64,000 bases of DNA, taken from contig JBHGNT010000012.1 of the NCBI GenBank assembly GCA_043228905.1, forward strand, positions 14,508,001 to 14,572,000, read 5' to 3'. Shown here one piece after another: positions 25,206 to 38,464 of this stretch (positions are counted from its first letter, which is position 1; each line of letters opens with the position of its first letter). The stretch is from Azolla caroliniana (taxonomy: Eukaryota > Plantae > Polypodiophyta). The translations under genes and the position numbers were made by a program. Under the pieces are notes generated by a model. That model was not told the origin of the DNA and did not search any database. It saw nothing but the letters and a program-made list of their open reading frames with translations.

Positions 25206-26623
25206 AATGCAAATTTCACTTAGTGTGCGAATTACACTACGACAACGTTATGTGTGTGTGTGTGTGTGTTTATGTATGTATGTATGTACATGAGTGTGTG
25301 TAAGTCTAAGAATTTACGTGTTGGTTTATGTATGATGTTTGTACTTATATGTACCTGTAAAATATTTGTAGAGTAGTTGTGGCAACCCAGACAGAGAATA
25401 ATGGTGAGCAAAAGCGGCACGACAAGGTGAGCGACGACGGCAACAAAACGAGAACAGAGGTGGCAAAACAAGGACAGAAGCAACAAGGGGAGAAGAGGCG
25501 ACAACATCAATGGAGAGAGATGAGGAGGTAGAGCAAAGGAGGATGCAACAAAAATCTAAATTTAAAAAAATATGAATGTTTGAATATTATGTTTAGTACG
25601 AATGTATGTATGTGCACGTAATGTATGCTTGCATGAATAAACATGAATGAATGTACATATGTGTATATATGTAATATGTAATATGTAATGTATGTATATT
25701 TGTATGTGTATGTGTATGCATAATACATATATGTGTGTGTGGATGTTTGTTTGTAATATGTATGTATGTGCATGTATAATATATATTGTTTGTAAGCATG
25801 AGACTACATTTAGTAGCGATGCATTCCCTTTTATATCTCTTTATCTCTCTTGTAGTTCATATGTCCGGGACTACACATGGTAGCCAGGATTTTGTATTTC
25901 ATTTTTATTCATGTTGTATCTCCAACCCTACACTCTATCGCATAGCACGGTGTTATATTTGTCACCGGCTTATGTACTCACCCATTGTAAAAATCTTTAT
26001 ATTCTAAGCCCTACCCCTCCCCACCTTTCTCCTATTTTCAGCCCTACCCCTCCCCTACTTTCTCCTATTTCTAGCCCTACCCCTTACCCATTTTTTCCTA
26101 TTCTCATTCAAACCCCTCTACCACATTATTTTTATTTTTTCTTTAGAATGTTTTCACTTTTATAACTTATCACTTTTATAGTTTAACTTAAACATTCATA
26201 CCCCTCGTATATATACATTAATTTTACATACACATACATACATATTACAAACAAACATCCACACACATATATGCATACACATACACATACAAATATACAT
26301 ACATTACATATTACATATATACACACATGTACATTCATATATCCATTCATTCATGTTTTTTTTTAAATTTTTTAAGAAGATATCCTGTCATTAGTGTAAC
26401 CATTTTTACAAGATATAAATTCTATGTGATTGGGGGGGGGGGGGGGGGGGGGGAACAACCATTCATTCATGTTTATTCATGTAAGCATACATATTTTATT
26501 CATACATTACATATATATATTCCTTCATTCATACATGCATACATTACGTGCACATACATACATACATACATACATACATACATACATACATACATACATA
26601 CATACATACATTCATACTAAACA

Positions 26624-27207
26624 ATGTGACCCCTCACAAATCCCAATTTCGGCAATATTCGGTTCGGTATTCCGACTTAGTCCGAGTCGGAAACTCACAA
26701 CACTATGCCATAATTGGAATTGGCCGACGAACCAAACAATCGAGAGAGAAGTTCTTCTTAACCGTTGACAAATCAACGAAGCCGGAGCAAGTCCTGGGAT
26801 AATTGAACTAGCAATTATTGCAAGAAACCCAGACATATCAAGGCTGATTGCGGCGCCCTCAAAGGCAAAAACGACAAGGCTCAAAGAGTTGATTAGAAGG
26901 GTGGCTGGCATGAAGAGGTAAACTACATCAACTCTTCAGCCGAAGTATTGTTGGATGATCCCAACATCTTGTTCATAGAACACTCGGTCGAATCGGAAGT
27001 TCTGATTACTACTAATGAATCGAGCACATGGCTCCTAGATTCGGGTGCATCCTACCATGTGACCCCTCACAAATCCCAATTTTGACAATATCCGGTCTGG
27101 TATTCTGACTTAGTCCGAGTCGGAAACTCGCAGCAGTACGCTATAATTGGAATAGGTCGACCGTCTGAACAGTCAAGGGAGAAGTTCTTCCTGAACGTCG
27201 ACAAATC
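26624..27207 (+). repeat. 433-bp tandem units derived from a copia zinc-knuckle/protease segment (third copy at 32459-32702)
   Basis: ATGTGACCCCTCACAAATCCCAATTT at 26624 and 27057. The unit encodes CNYCKKPRHIKADC and WLLDSGASYHVTPH. Confidence 0.8.
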
Positions 27208-27635
27208 AGAGCTTTTACTAACAATTTTTTTGTTGTTTTGATGTTTTTTGCGTGTGAGCGAGGGGAATCTAACAAGGCTCGTCATGCTCTTCTCAGGATC
27301 AAAACAACACTCTAAACCCAGTATTCTTCTTTTTTGATCTCTTCTCTTTTTCTATTATGCGTTCTTTATGGTCGAATCAAATTGGTATTACGTTTTATTC
27401 TCTTTCTTTCTACCTCCTACTACGCTACGATTTTACTTATTATTATGCATCGGGCCGAGCGTGTTTGCACTAATCGCACACGCTCAACTCATGGCCTTTT
27501 GCATATTGCGATATATATCCCACTCTCTCCTCTCTTGAACTCTTACGATAATAATTATTCTTGTGCATTGGGTCGAGCGTGTTTGCTCTAATCGCACACG
27601 CTTATCTCATGGCCGTTTTGCATATGATGTTGAGT

Positions 27636-27967
27636 ATACCACTCTTCCCCTCTATTGAGCCATCACTTGGCCGATTCTAAGGGATGACGTGGCCTTGACG
27701 AGGTGTATGTTGCCTACCTATGCCACTCTACTCTCTATTAAGCCATCAATTGGCCGATTCTATGGGATGTTGTGGCCTTGACAAGGTATATGTAGCTTAC
27801 ATATGCCACTTTCCTTTTTAATTAGCCATCAATTGGCCGATTCTAAGGGATGATGTGGCCTTGACGAGGTATATGTCACTTACCTATGCCACTTTCCTCT
27901 TTAATTAGCCATTACTTGGCCGATTCTAGGGATATGTGGTGGTCTTGAGGAGGTGCATGTCAACTAC
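27636..27967 (+). repeat. 83-bp tandem repeat x4 in the chromovirus 5' UTR
   Basis: GGCCGATTCT recurs at 27669, 27752, 27835 and 27918. Confidence 0.9.
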
Positions 27968-28955
27968 CCTAGGGTTTCGTATCTTAGGGCATGTTTGATT
28001 CCATACACCTAATTGTTGATTATTTTAATTAAATTTTAATTTCATAAGTATTGTTTCACTTATATGATTTTCTAGTAATTATTATTTACCCGCCCACAAT
28101 TAACTCTCCTTTTTCCACTTCCTTTTCATGTATAAAGTATTTACATCATTTATTTTTAATGCAACCTTTACGTGTAGACTATTTTTTCGTATGGAGTGGC
28201 TTGTTGAACGATTTTTTTTTCAACGGGTCATCTAGGTTTAACTCTTATCATCAAGACTTAGAAAACGAGTAAAACCATATGAGTTCCCTTATTGATGTTT
28301 TACTCATGGATTTGAGTATTACATCTTTGCGCACAACACCGTCATCACTTGTATCAATTTGTGGCTTATGTCACAATTGTGCAAGTTATAACAATCATAT
28401 TGGGATGTATATGTGCATACCTTGCACTTCCCATTTATTTGTGACATTGTTTTTTTCGTAGGTAACACATGGGTTCTTTTTTTTTTCCCCTTGTTTTCGT
28501 CACTACTTAACTCTTATGAGTAGTGCCTTATTTTATCATTTTATCATCACGTTTGCTTATTGCTCGCAAGACTAGAATATTACTTGTGAGTGCACTTGTT
28601 TTTTCACGTAATACACTTTCTCGACCATATAATACATGATGGGTTGGCATTAATATAAGGCTATCTAGGAAATTTCATTGATGTAAGAACCATGGTTGAG
28701 CCTCGGGGGAGCCGCCATGATTACTCAAGATAGAGATCCGAGAAATACATCTTAGCTATGTTTTCCCCCATGGGTTTTAAAACACCATAGTGTTACCATA
28801 GTTATCGGATCTCGAATCACATCTCATATGTCTAGAGGGGTAAAGACATGAGATACTTTCTTGGATAAAGTTCTTTCAATCAAAATTTCAAGCATTCATT
28901 TTGCTTGTGTATTTTCTGAACCTCCTTATTTTATTGCATACCCACAGCGTGCATC

Positions 28956-29840
28956 ATGGAACAAGTTTTGAACGCAGTTGGAACGATCTCTCCAAATGAG
29001 ACCTCTCAACCCCAATCCGCATCTCGCACACAAGCTGAGATCACTATTGAGCAATTGCTCACTACTACCTTGAATCAATTGGCCGAAATGAGACAGGCCA
29101 ATATGGCATTGGAAAAGAAATTCCAAGAATTAACTATTGAGTCCAAGAAAGAAGGTGAACCTTCCTTCGTAGTCACGCCTTTCAAGGGAGATAAGAAAGA
29201 AAGAACCGAGGAGGCTATTAGCACTTGGCTTGGTCGTTGGGAGTCTCACTTTGAGCTTCATCCCAAGCCCGATGCAGTAAAAATTGGTTATGTCGGTCGT
29301 GAGTTAGGTGGCCGAGCTGCTGCTTGGTGGCGTGGCCTAAGGACCGCAAAAAACTTACCCACAACTTGGGAAGGTTTCGTTGATGTTTTTAAGAAACAAT
29401 TCTTGCAGCCACCTTCTCAAACCGAACAAGCGCAACACTTGCTCACATTGTCTAGTAAGCCATTTACCTCTCTCGAGGATTATGTGCATCACGCTCGGAC
29501 CCAGATCCAAAAATCGGGACTTACGGGTGAGAAATGGTTTGTCGCTTGTTTTTTGAATGGTATTCCCAATGGGGATTATCATTGGATTGTCCATGACAAG
29601 GACCCCACAACTTTCGAGGAAGCCGTCAACATTGTGCTGCGATACCATAGGACTTCCAAGAAAGACCACAATAAACCTGAGTTCGCCAAAACTCCGAATG
29701 TCAAGTTCATTGGGAAACGTAAGCAATCCAGTGACACTCTTGACCGCGACTCAAAGAAACCGAACCTCTTCTGTGCATATTGCAAGAAGCGGGGCCACAC
29801 AAAGGTACCTAGGTCATTTAATTACAGAAAATGGCGTTGA
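28956..29840 (+). CDS. Chromovirus Gag, truncated within the CCHC knuckle
   Basis: GRAAAWW...TWEGFVDVFKKQF retrotransposon gag motif and CAYCKKRGHTK, followed by a deletion junction. Confidence 0.85.
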   Translation: MEQVLNAVGTISPNETSQPQSASRTQAEITIEQLLTTTLNQLAEMRQANMALEKKFQELTIESKKEGEPSFVVTPFKGDKKERTEEAISTWLGRWESHFELHPKPDAVKIGYVGRELGGRAAAWWRGLRTAKNLPTTWEGFVDVFKKQFLQPPSQTEQAQHLLTLSSKPFTSLEDYVHHARTQIQKSGLTGEKWFVACFLNGIPNGDYHWIVHDKDPTTFEEAVNIVLRYHRTSKKDHNKPEFAKTPNVKFIGKRKQSSDTLDRDSKKPNLFCAYCKKRGHTKVPRSFNYRKWR

Positions 29841-31977
29841 AATTGAACCTTCTCGTATTGAAAAGGTTAAACTTTGGCCCATTCCTCGTAATATTCGTGA
29901 ACTTAGATCATTCTTAGGGTTTGTTGGATTTTTACGAAAATCAATTCGTAACTATTCCAAATTGACTACGCCATTAACTGACCTTTTAAAAGGTCATCCA
30001 CGTAAGTCTGTCAAACCAATTTCATGGAATGAACAACTTGACAAATCATTTGAGACACTCAAGGAGCATGTGTGTCAGGCTCCCACTCTTCTATTACCAG
30101 ACCCTTCTAAGCCTTTCTCAATTGAAACCGATGCTAGTGATTATGCTATTGGTGCCGTTCTTTATCAAGGTGGTCACCCTATTGCTTTTGAAAGTAAGAA
30201 GCTTGATGCTGCTCAATCTCGGTATTCGGTTCAAGAGAAAGAGTTGTTTGCGGTAATACACGCACTTAAAACATGGAGGCACTATCTCTATGGAAATAAA
30301 TTTGTGGTTACAACAGACCATCAATCATTAAAGTATTTTTGTGACCAGCCCGATCTTGTTGGTCGTAAAGGCCGTTGGGCTGACCTTATGCAAGATTTTG
30401 ATTTTTCCATACGATATCGCAAGGGTTCTATGAACACCGTTGCTGATGCTCTTAGTCGCATTAAAGAAGTTAACATGCTTAGCTTCACGGAAATAAAATC
30501 TGATCTTTTAGATCACCTTTGAGGGAAATACCTTGATGACAGTTATTTCTCAAAATACTGGACGAAAGCCGAATCTGGTTTAGATGCCGATACTAGCACC
30601 CTACCCTCGAAGGCGACCTTTCACATTACAAACGGTTTGCTCTACCGTAGTGGAAAGGTCTGTGTTCCAGATTTACCAAATGTTAAACAGAAAATTTTTC
30701 ATGAATGTCATGATGCACCATCTGTTGGTCATCCTGGAATACAACGCACACTCGTTCTCATCTCGTGTACTTTTTTCTGGCCTAAGATGCGCTCTGACGT
30801 GCATAAATACGTAACTCAATGCTTACAATGTCAGATTAATAAGTCGGAACGACTTAAAGCTGCTGGTCTTTTACATCCCTTAGATATTCCCAACAATAAA
30901 TGGGAAAGTATCTCGATGGATTTTATTGTTAGTTTACCTCGTACACAGAGGGGTCATGATGCCATATGGGTTGTCGTTGACAGGCTAACAAAATTAGCTA
31001 GATTTATTCCTACAAAAACCACGGTAACCGCTCAACAGTTGGCTTATCAATTTGTTGATGAGTTATTTCGTTTTTATGGATTACTGATGGATATTGTTAG
31101 TGATCGAGATTCCAAGTTTATTAGTGACTTTTGGACTCAGGTCTTTAAGAAACTAGAAACTACGTTGAGCATGAGTTCCGCAGATCATCCTCAGTCTGAT
31201 GGACAAACTGAACGAGTTAATCAAATTATTGAGGACATGCTTCGAGCTTATGTAGCAAAAACCCCTTCTAAGTGGGAGCAATACCTTCCTATCTTAGAAT
31301 TTGCCTATAATAGCTCTAAACATACATCCACTGGATATAGTCCTTTTATGTTGATGTATGGTTTTCAGCCACGTGCCCCAGTTGATGTCACGATTCATCG
31401 TGATACATTAGACAGTACACGCAATTTTTTGCAAGACATGAACCAAATGTTGCATATTGCCAAAGAAAATGTCAAGACAGCTCAAGATCGTGCTCGATTT
31501 TATGCTGATCAGGATAGACGTCCTCGTGCATTTACTATTGGTCAAAAAGTTTTTTTGCGTGTCCCGACTGATTCTACGTCATTATCTACGGGCAAGTGCG
31601 CTAAGTTAGCCCCACGATATTGTGGCCCATTTGAAATCCTTAAGCGAGTTGGGTCATCTGCTTATCACCTTGCCTTACCTCGTAACGTTGGTATTCATCC
31701 TGTTTTTCACGTCAGTCGTCTAAAACCATTTTTAGGCTCTGGTGATAACACCATCACAATCCAAGATCTTGTAACATTAGAGGATTTTTCTTACAAACCT
31801 CATGTTCCTGAACGAATTCTTGATTCTCGTACTAAACGTTTACGTTCTAAAGAGATTCGGCTATTCAAGATCAAATGGATGGATAAACCTATTGATGATG
31901 CCACATGGGAACGCGAGCATTCGCTTAAGGCACAATTTCCTCACTTTATATTGCAAGAGTGCAATCTTTTGAAGTAG
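29805..31977 (+). pseudogene. Chromovirus pol remnant: RT thumb, RNase H, integrase, chromodomain (stop at 30520-30522)
   Basis: YLGHLI, LRSFLG, ETDASDYAIGAVL, TDHQSL, ADALSR, GHPG, SMDFI, DGQTERVNQ, GPF, HPVFHVS and ERILDSR...IKW...ATWE. Confidence 0.9.
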
Positions 31978-32702
31978 GGGAGTATGTTATGTACACATAA
32001 CGTTGGTGAGGGTAGGTCACTAATATTTACATTAGTGAAGGGTATGTTCACTATTATTAAAAAGGGAACTAATGATTGGATAGAATGAATGATATGTGCA
32101 TGCACTATCATGATTTAGACAACCAATGAATAGAGAGCCTTTTAGAAAGGCACATCTATTCAAGGGGCCTAGGAAAAGGTATAAATATGAGGCTTAGCTA
32201 CCCTCATAAGGATCATCACGTCGGAAAGCTGCTGTCGTAGACACCGGTGGTGCGGGCTAGGCTTTCGTCTCGACGATCGTGTTTATCTCTTCCAAGGTAT
32301 TAGTCATCCTAATATCCGGCGGTATGGGACGTCGGTGGTAGGTTGGCTATGTCTAGATCATAGCTCGGGGGTGGTCGGGTGGAACGGGTTCTTCTATCCA
32401 ATCTATTTTCTTCCTTTTTACTTGATTTGGTCTATTGATTAGTAATAGACTCTTAACATATTCTGACTCGGTTCGCGTTGGAAACTAGCTGCATTACGCC
32501 ATAATTGGAATCAACCGACTGACCGAACAATTGAGGGAGAAGTTCTTCCCGACCACTGGCAAATCAACGAAGCCAGAGCAAGTCTTGGGATAATTGAACT
32601 AACAACTATTAAAAGAAACCTGGACATATCAAGGCCGATTGTTGCGCCCTCAAAGCCAAAAACGGCAAGGCTCAGAGAGCTGATCAGAAGGGTGTTGGCA
32701 TA

Positions 32703-34330
32703 AAGGCCGACTCCTTCCACTTTGTATCTATAAGTGTGAACACGTCCGATAGTTAGGGCTTGAGTATATATAAGCTCTAACCTAACATTGTAATTGAGAG
32801 AGAGATCGATCATCTTGTATCTTGAGTCTCATAGAGAGAGAGTTACAAAACAACAGAGAACTTCCATTGAAGCTCAAACAATGTCTATCATATGTTTCTT
32901 CTTCCTCTTCCCATTGTTGTATATTTGTGTCGTTTTCTACGCATAGATCACAGGTCCTCATACATACTTCCGCGCATTCTTTCGAACCTCCTTGCAACAA
33001 CTGGTATCAGAGCGACTTACTGTTTAGCAACGATGAAAAGACAGAGAGAAGAGGAACCCCAGTTGAATGAAAAGACCAGGTCAATGAGTCTTACTTCGAA
33101 AAGAACATGGCTTCAACATTTGGAACAAGAGTTGAAATCCAAAAGTTCGACCACAAAAACTTTGCCCTATGGAAGGAGATGATGCAAGACGTGCTGATCA
33201 TTCGAAGATAGGTTGAAGGCATTCAACATGGCGAAAAACCTACTTCAATGTTAGCCGAAGAGCGGAGATCAATAGATAAAATCGCACGCTCCACCATTCG
33301 AATGCACCTAGCCAAAAACGTCTACTTCAGTATGGCAAAGAAGATGACAACATTCTCTTTGTGGGAGAAGTTACAGATTGTGTATGAGAAGAAGTCCTCA
33401 TCTTAAAGATTGATACTAATTTGACAATTATTCAACATGAAGATGAGAGAGACCGATCCAACAACCTCCCACATCAACACCTTCAACTGGGTGTTGTTTG
33501 AACTCTCCTCCCAAGAGATCAACTTCGAAGAAGAAGTGAAAGCCCTTGCCCTCCTATCGAGCTTGCCAGCGAGTTGGGAGGTATTCTTCACGACTTTCTC
33601 CAATAGTAGCCCTAGGCTGAACTTGGACAAAATTATCGATCAAATCCTTACAGTTGAATGAAAAGACCAGGTCAGTGAGTCTTACTTCGAAAAGAACATG
33701 GCTTCAACATTTGGAACAAGAGTTGAAATCCAAAAGTTCGACCACAAAAACTTTGCCCTATGGAAGGAGATGATGCAAGACGTGCTGATCATTCGAAGAT
33801 AGGTTGAAGGCATTCAACATGGCGAAAAACCTACTTCAATGTTAGCCGAAGAGCGGAGATCAATAGATAAAATCGCACGCTCCACCATTCGAATGCACCT
33901 AGCCAAAAACGTCTACTTCAGTATGGCAAAGAAGATGACAACATTCTCTTTGTGGGAGAAGTTACAGATTGTGTATGAGAAGAAGTCCTCATCTTAAAGA
34001 TTGATACTAATTTGACAATTATTCAACATGAAGATGAGAGAGACCGATCCAACAACCTCCCACATCAACACCTTCAACTGGGTGTTGTTTGAACTCTCCT
34101 CCCAAGAGATCAACTTCGAAGAAGAAGTGAAAGCCCTTGCCCTCCTATCGAGCTTGCCAGCGAGTTGGGAGGTATTCTTCACGACTTTCTCCAATAGTAG
34201 CCCTAGGCTGAACTTGGACAAAATTATCGATCAAATCCTTATAGAGGACATTCAACGAAAATCGATGGGACTCACCATCGTCGAGTCGGTAGAAGCCCAC
34301 CACTCAACTGAGTCTATTAGAGTGATGATC
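32703..34330 (+). mobile_element. Truncated copia element: LTR 3' part, PBS and dead gag
   Basis: LTR ends GCAACA at 32999. PBS TGGTATCAGAGC at 33002-33013. gag peptides EIQKFDHKNFALWK and LALLSSLPASWE with stop codons. Confidence 0.85.
33060..34241 (+). repeat. 591-bp near-perfect tandem duplication of copia gag
   Basis: CAGTTGAATGAAAAGACCAGG at 33060 and 33651. The ORFs at 33437 and 34028 are essentially identical. Confidence 0.93.
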
Positions 34331-34437
34331 TAATGTAAGCATATGATAAGGATATAATATATATGAAATAAGAAAGGAGAGGGAGAAAGTAGGGTGCTGA
34401 TCCACCTGACCACCCCCGAGTGAAGGGATCGAGACGG

Positions 34438-37400
34438 TGTCACGAGGTTTCCATGCCACAATGAGAAAATAACCTCTACCAATTTATGTGTGGTTATTCA
34501 AATCTTTATAAATGGTTATATAGAGTGCGAGGACTCGATGAGTAGGAGCAAGTGGGGGTTTAGGTGTCGTGAAGGATTTGCTTCACAATAGAAAAATAAA
34601 CTAAAATATTGTATTGAATAACATTTGAGAGACTTGATCTAGCAACATCACATACCAAATACAAGGCACATACAATTAGGCTAGGTCATTTGTTTTTTTA
34701 AAGTTATATTTTAATGTTTGTACTTATGCCATGTATATTTTCATGCATGAAAGCTCAAATAAGTGGGATGTCTAACATGCATCACATGTAATGCATGAAC
34801 GTCAAATGGCGATCATGCATCACATGCATTTCATGCACTTCATGCATGTCTTGTACCCTCACATGCATCATATGCATGGGAGCACCTATTTAAAGAGGGG
34901 GATAACATGAGACGAGGAATCTTATTGTAATAGGAGGGACAAGCTATATTATTGTACAAGAAATATTTTGTAATCATCTTCAGATATCAATACAAGTTAT
35001 TTCCGTTTCTCCTCTTTCTTTGACAAGAAGCCCAATGCTTACTTCCCGGATTCGCGATTTTCTTTTCATTTGCTCTCGTACGCCGAGATCAACGTGACAG
35101 TGGTGAACCCAACGTGAAACATGGAAGTTAAGAGAGATGGAGAACCAACAAGCAGTCTTAGAGCCACAGATCAACCAAGAAGCTGTTGTGGGGCCACAAA
35201 TCAACCTGGTGTTACAAATGGTTGAAAGAATGATGCAAAGCCAAGAACATGCAACTGCTCTTCAACGAATTGATCATGCTATTGACAAGCTTGTAGAGAA
35301 TTTGAAGGTAAAAATATATCTAAATTCTTACAAGTATATGTTATTGAGATGGGTAGTCTCGGAACTTGCAACAAGTTCTAATGATTGGGTTGCATTTGAG
35401 CAAGCTTTATTAAATGAGTACATGCTTGGTGATACAATCCGAGCGTCAAGGAGGAGTTTCCTAGATTGGGTGGACAAAGAGGACAAGAAGATTTCAGTGA
35501 TGGAGTTGTTAAAAGACTTTGAAGCTCGGTATAACCAATTAACGAGGACCGAAAGGACTCTTTTGGAGTTGGAGAAGGTCATATTATTCTTGAAGGCATC
35601 TGACCGATCCTATTGAGAAAAATTAGTTGCATTCCTAGAAGATTGGACTACACCGACTGGTCTAGAGTCCAATTGGAATCGAGTACATGAAGCTTGTAAT
35701 AGAATCAACAAAAGAGCCCAATGATGTGAAGATCTTTCGATTGCCGGGGGTATGAAAGATGAAATGAAGACAACCATCAAGGAGGATACTGGGAGTCCGT
35801 CAACTATTTCCAAGGTACCCAAAACAGTGATGGACTATCTTATCAAAGGTATAAAAGATCTTTCATTACATGTTGCAAACCTACAAGAAAAAAAATCCTC
35901 ACAACCCCAAAAAGATTATGAAAGAAGATGCATATGGTGTGATTGCGTCGACCATTCAAGAGGAGGGTGTGATAACTATCAAGAAGCGATAGAAAGAGGG
36001 GTGATATTCTTCAAAGATGGTAAGATTCATTCTTCTAAAACTCGATTACCTCTCCGAACTAACTTTAGAAGAGGTGGTATGAGAAGGATCATCAAAGACG
36101 CGGAAATAACTAGGAGACAAGCTGTCTATCAACCAACAACTACAGTCATCCATGTTGGTGAAGGAGGATTTGAATCTGAATTTTGGCTGTGTATTTTGAA
36201 AGCTGCAAGAAAGGGTAAAATCAAGTTTGAAAAGTTGAAGTCTGGAGGTGATGCTGCCCGAAGCAAAATTGGTTGGGAAGACCCAGTGGATGGCCTCTCA
36301 GCTTTCACGAATGTTGCAACAACCCAAGCCCATGAAGTGATCATGGAAGAGAAGTGGAAATGGGCGGAAAATGAAGATAACAAGAAGAGGGAGCTAAGAA
36401 GCGCTAAAAAGAGGGACTCGACAGAAAGTCCAAAAATGGTAAGCCTTGACATTGAAAAAGGTAAGGATAAGAAGAGTCCCTCCTTCAAATTATTATCTGA
36501 TATTGAAGCTTTAACTGATTTAAAAAAAGTATTGGAAGAAAGAATTTTAGATAGCAAAGTGGAACTTTCCTTGAGGGAACTTTTGGACATAGCTAAAAAA
36601 AGAATTTCATGATGCAATAATAGATGGAATTAAAAGAAAACGACAAAGTATTGAAGTGGCCGAAAACCCAGGAAGTGAAGTAAAGAAAGCAACGATGGAA
36701 GTTCTCAAAGGTGAACCAAGCTCTTCCATTGTTGGTACACAAGCTATTGCGACGACAACTTTTGAAGAGAAGCCGAAAGAGCTAAAAAGCTACTATGCTA
36801 AGAAACATTGGGCAAGAGCAACAACTGAGACACCCGTGATGATTGAAAACCTTGAAGATCCGGCCGTGGCCTTAATTGACCACGGCTCAGAAATTAATCT
36901 AATTTCTTATGATATTTATAGGAAAGGCGGATGGCCAATGGAAATGAATCATGGGTGGAGGGTAAAATCGGCTAATTCAATGATTGTGCAACTTCATGGA
37001 GCTTGCCCAAACATCAAAGTCACCATTGGAGATGTGCCAATAGAGCAACATTTCTTTATCCAAAAGACCTCGTCATACTTAGTGATTCTTGGTCAACCAT
37101 ATATAACATCTTCTAGGATGGAGATGAAGGTGCTTGAAGATGGCTCGACATATGCTAGAATTCGGAGTACTGATGGTAAAAGAAATGTTCAATTTCTTAC
37201 TGTTAGGTTGGAGCATGATAGAAATAAAGAAGAATTATGAATTAACTCATGTGAGCATGATATGTCATCTTATGAGTCGAGTTTTTAAATAAGATAATTG
37301 ATGGGCAAGGACACAATGGTCCCAAAGCTTTTCTTTCCTTGCAAAAATGTTTTTTCAATTAATAAAACAATCAATACTTTCTCTAATATAATGGATGGCT

Positions 37401-38464
37401 TTACCTGTTACTTTGATGTGGAAAGTCATGCACAAAATAAAGGGAGCAAGAAGATGTTGGATGCATTGTGCACTTCAAGGATGATCGAAAGGGAAGACAT
37501 GATTTCTGGTATGTTTCTTGAATATTCACATGTGGATATAGTCAAAATATTAGAAAATTGCTTGAATGAGAAAGAATGCGACAAGAGATTTGTTCGTGTA
37601 AATTCTGTTGATATGTACCTTCATATTGTTGATTTTATTGCAAAAAATGGTTGTATAGCTAATAGTGAAATAGTTGGCAATAGCTATCATGAAATAACTA
37701 ATGAAAATAAAGCAAGTAAAAATAGCTATGCAATAATAGTTAACACTAAATATAAAACAATAGACAAAAAGGTCAAGCCTGTGACTATGAATCGCCTATG
37801 GATAGTACTGAAAAGAAAAAGAATGTTGTGTTTGAGCCAACATTGCGGGATTCTAAGGATATTGGTCATAAGTTTACAAATGCTACTCTAGATCAACTAA
37901 AATTGAGTGAGAATGATTTTCTTTTGCCTATTGACAGACAATGTTTTCGAATTATGATTGCTAGTCATGGGAAAGCATTTGCATTTGAGTCCAATGAAAT
38001 TGGTTGTGTAGATCCCACAGTTGTGGAACCAATGATTATATTTATAGTTCCGCATATTCCTTGGAATTTAAGGCCTATCCCTGTTCCTCAGGCCCAAATA
38101 CCGCAAGTAATAGCTTTGCTTAAGGAAAAAATAGAAATGGGTATCTTGGAGCCATCAGATGCCCCCTACTCGAATAAGTGGTTTATTGTACCTAAAAAGA
38201 ATGGTTCATTTAGGATTTAAAGCTTGTCAATAGGGTTACTATTCAAAATGTCGGTGTTGGACCGATCGTAGATGCCTTTGCATAAGCTTTCGCAGGAAGA
38301 GGTATATATTCTATGTGTAATTTGTATTCAGGGTATGATCAATTTCAGTTTGCTATTGATAGTCGTGATATAACTACTATAAGAACACCAATTGGATTGA
38401 TGCAAATGTGCTACAAATTCAGTGGCACATATGGTGAATGTTATGAATAAAATTTTAATAGTTT
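34438..38464 (+). mobile_element. Ty3/gypsy element with tRNA-Trp PBS (5' LTR, decayed gag-PR-RT), interrupted at 38465
   Basis: LTR 34438-35099 with TGTCACG...CGTGACA ends. PBS TGGTGAACCCAACGTGAA at 35101-35118. Motifs CIWCDCVDHSRGGC, ALIDHGSEINL and WFIVPKKNGS, with several stops and frameshifts. Confidence 0.88.

Larger units (their letters stand above)
27205..32458 (+). mobile_element. Ty3/gypsy chromovirus, 5' LTR lost, PR and most of RT deleted
   Basis: PBS remnant ATCAGAGC at about 27205, long 5' UTR, gag, RNase H, integrase with chromodomain, PPT GAAGTAGGGGAG 31971-31982, and 3' LTR 31985-32458 (TGTTA...TAACA). Confidence 0.88.

Noticed and set aside
27636-27967. Regularly spaced repeats resembling a CRISPR array (also 57975-58115)
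   Set aside because: The whole unit repeats with no unique spacers, there are no cas genes, and the context is eukaryotic retrotransposon.
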